Source: Lama glama (lineage: Eukaryota). Taken from it: a stretch of DNA of 64,000 nt. The notes below the pieces were generated by a model. That model did not search any database. It was not told the origin of the DNA and was given only the letters and a program-made list of their open reading frames with translations. The DNA is taken from assembly GCA_028534125.1 (NCBI GenBank), contig CM052818.1, positions 46,874,001 to 46,938,000 of the forward strand, in the 5' to 3' direction. The translations under genes were made by a program, and so were the position numbers. Shown in pieces: positions 62,875 through 64,000 of the stretch. Positions within the stretch are counted from its first letter, which is position 1. Each line of letters starts with the position of its first letter.

Positions 62875-64000
62875 TTTCAGGCTCTCTCTCAGCTTTGTGG
62901 ATCTCCAGTTCACGTACAAAACATTCAAGGGAACTCAGTCCTTCCCAAGTGGAAACTGTCTAGTACACCCCTCATGTGTGGGCCTGGCAAGAAATCACAA
63001 GCTGAACAGGTACTGACTGCATTAATTTCCTCATATTAAAAAAAAAAATCTCTTTAAGGAAACCGCAAACCTTAGAGTTATCCTTTGCACAGGAAAATCA
63101 CAGAGAGGCTGGCTGGCATGGTTGCTGTCTCTTTTTTATATGCAAAAGCCAATGCATAGAGCAATTAATCTTTTGTCTATGTGAGACTTTCATATTCAGA
63201 TGTTTACTTTTCACACCCAAACTCCCTACTCTTTTGTGCACTGAATAGTGGTTCTGGATTTCTAATTACTCAGTCTCTTTGCAACTTTTGAACCCACCTT
63301 TCTTCTCACCTTCTCCTTTTCTTTCAGGAAGTGCTCATGAAAGCAGAATTCTTATTTTCATTGATTTGAACTCCCCGTTGTGCAGGATGCTCTGTTTGGT
63401 CCTGGGCAATTGTAGTGTAGATACAGTTTCCTCAAGATTCCTACGGGGAAGGATCGGCTTTTTGTAACCACTCCTTTCAAGCGAGATTTTGTTTTTAATA
63501 ATAATAAAAATTATTTATAGGAAGGCTCCCGGGGAGTGGCTGTCAGGCCACACAGCTTGTGTGGAGGATACCTGAAGTGTTCACTTCCCTTCCTTTTCAC
63601 GTGTTTCCAGCTGATTTCTTTTTAGTTGTGCTGCGTTAATTAAGTTTGGTCACTCTAGGAAATAGCCATTCTTGCATTCACGGCCTTTGGAAAGTAATGA
63701 AATCAACAGGGGATAGGGTTGCCTGCTCTGAGCATTTGGTTCCTGGGCGGAAGGAAGGGACGATAGCATCATCATCTTTGAGTTGTCTGGGTTTGGCACT
63801 TACTCAGGGCTCCGCCGAGAACTGGAGAAATGAAGGAATGAGTGAGTAAAAGAAGGGATGGGTGAACAGCAGGGGGGCATTAAGGGTTGTTTGTGTTAAC
63901 TCTGCAGTGGTGACTGTGCTGGCTCTTTGTACCAGCACTTCTCCATTTGGTTAGAATTTCATTCTTATTTAAATTTCCCTCCGGCTCTCCCTTCCTTCCC

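Overview
Mammalian genomic DNA, most likely a camelid (alpaca, vicuna or camel). The evidence is four copies of a tRNA-derived SINE beginning GGGGAGGGTAGAGCTCAGTGG that resembles the camelid vic-1 family, plus artiodactyl-type L1 3' ends. I recognise no protein-coding exon, RNA gene, CRISPR array or prokaryotic feature. The listed ORFs are chance ORFs in GC-rich DNA, simple-repeat translations or L1 ORF2 remnants. The window is intergenic/intronic and holds many old and lineage-specific repeats (MIR, L2, L3, L1, MLT1, MER2, MER5, MER33). One strong CpG island (~46.2-47.1 kb) is probably a promoter/first exon of a gene I cannot name. The most notable items are: (i) a well-preserved 401-bp ERV1-like solo LTR with a 4-bp TSD, triple CCAAT, SOX, octamer, TATA and polyA signals, 7 kb upstream of the island; (ii) a canonical plus-strand splice acceptor abutting a minus-strand donor at the island edge, with a polyA/polyT asymmetry switch that suggests bidirectional transcription; (iii) a MIR-like relic with an intact Pol III B-box inside the island; (iv) a tail-less internal L1 ORF2 fragment; (v) repeat-poor blocks rich in homeodomain/T-box/TCF motifs that may be conserved enhancers. 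I do not see convincing evidence for a new biological system. Repeat family names come from recalled consensus sequences and most boundaries are approximate.
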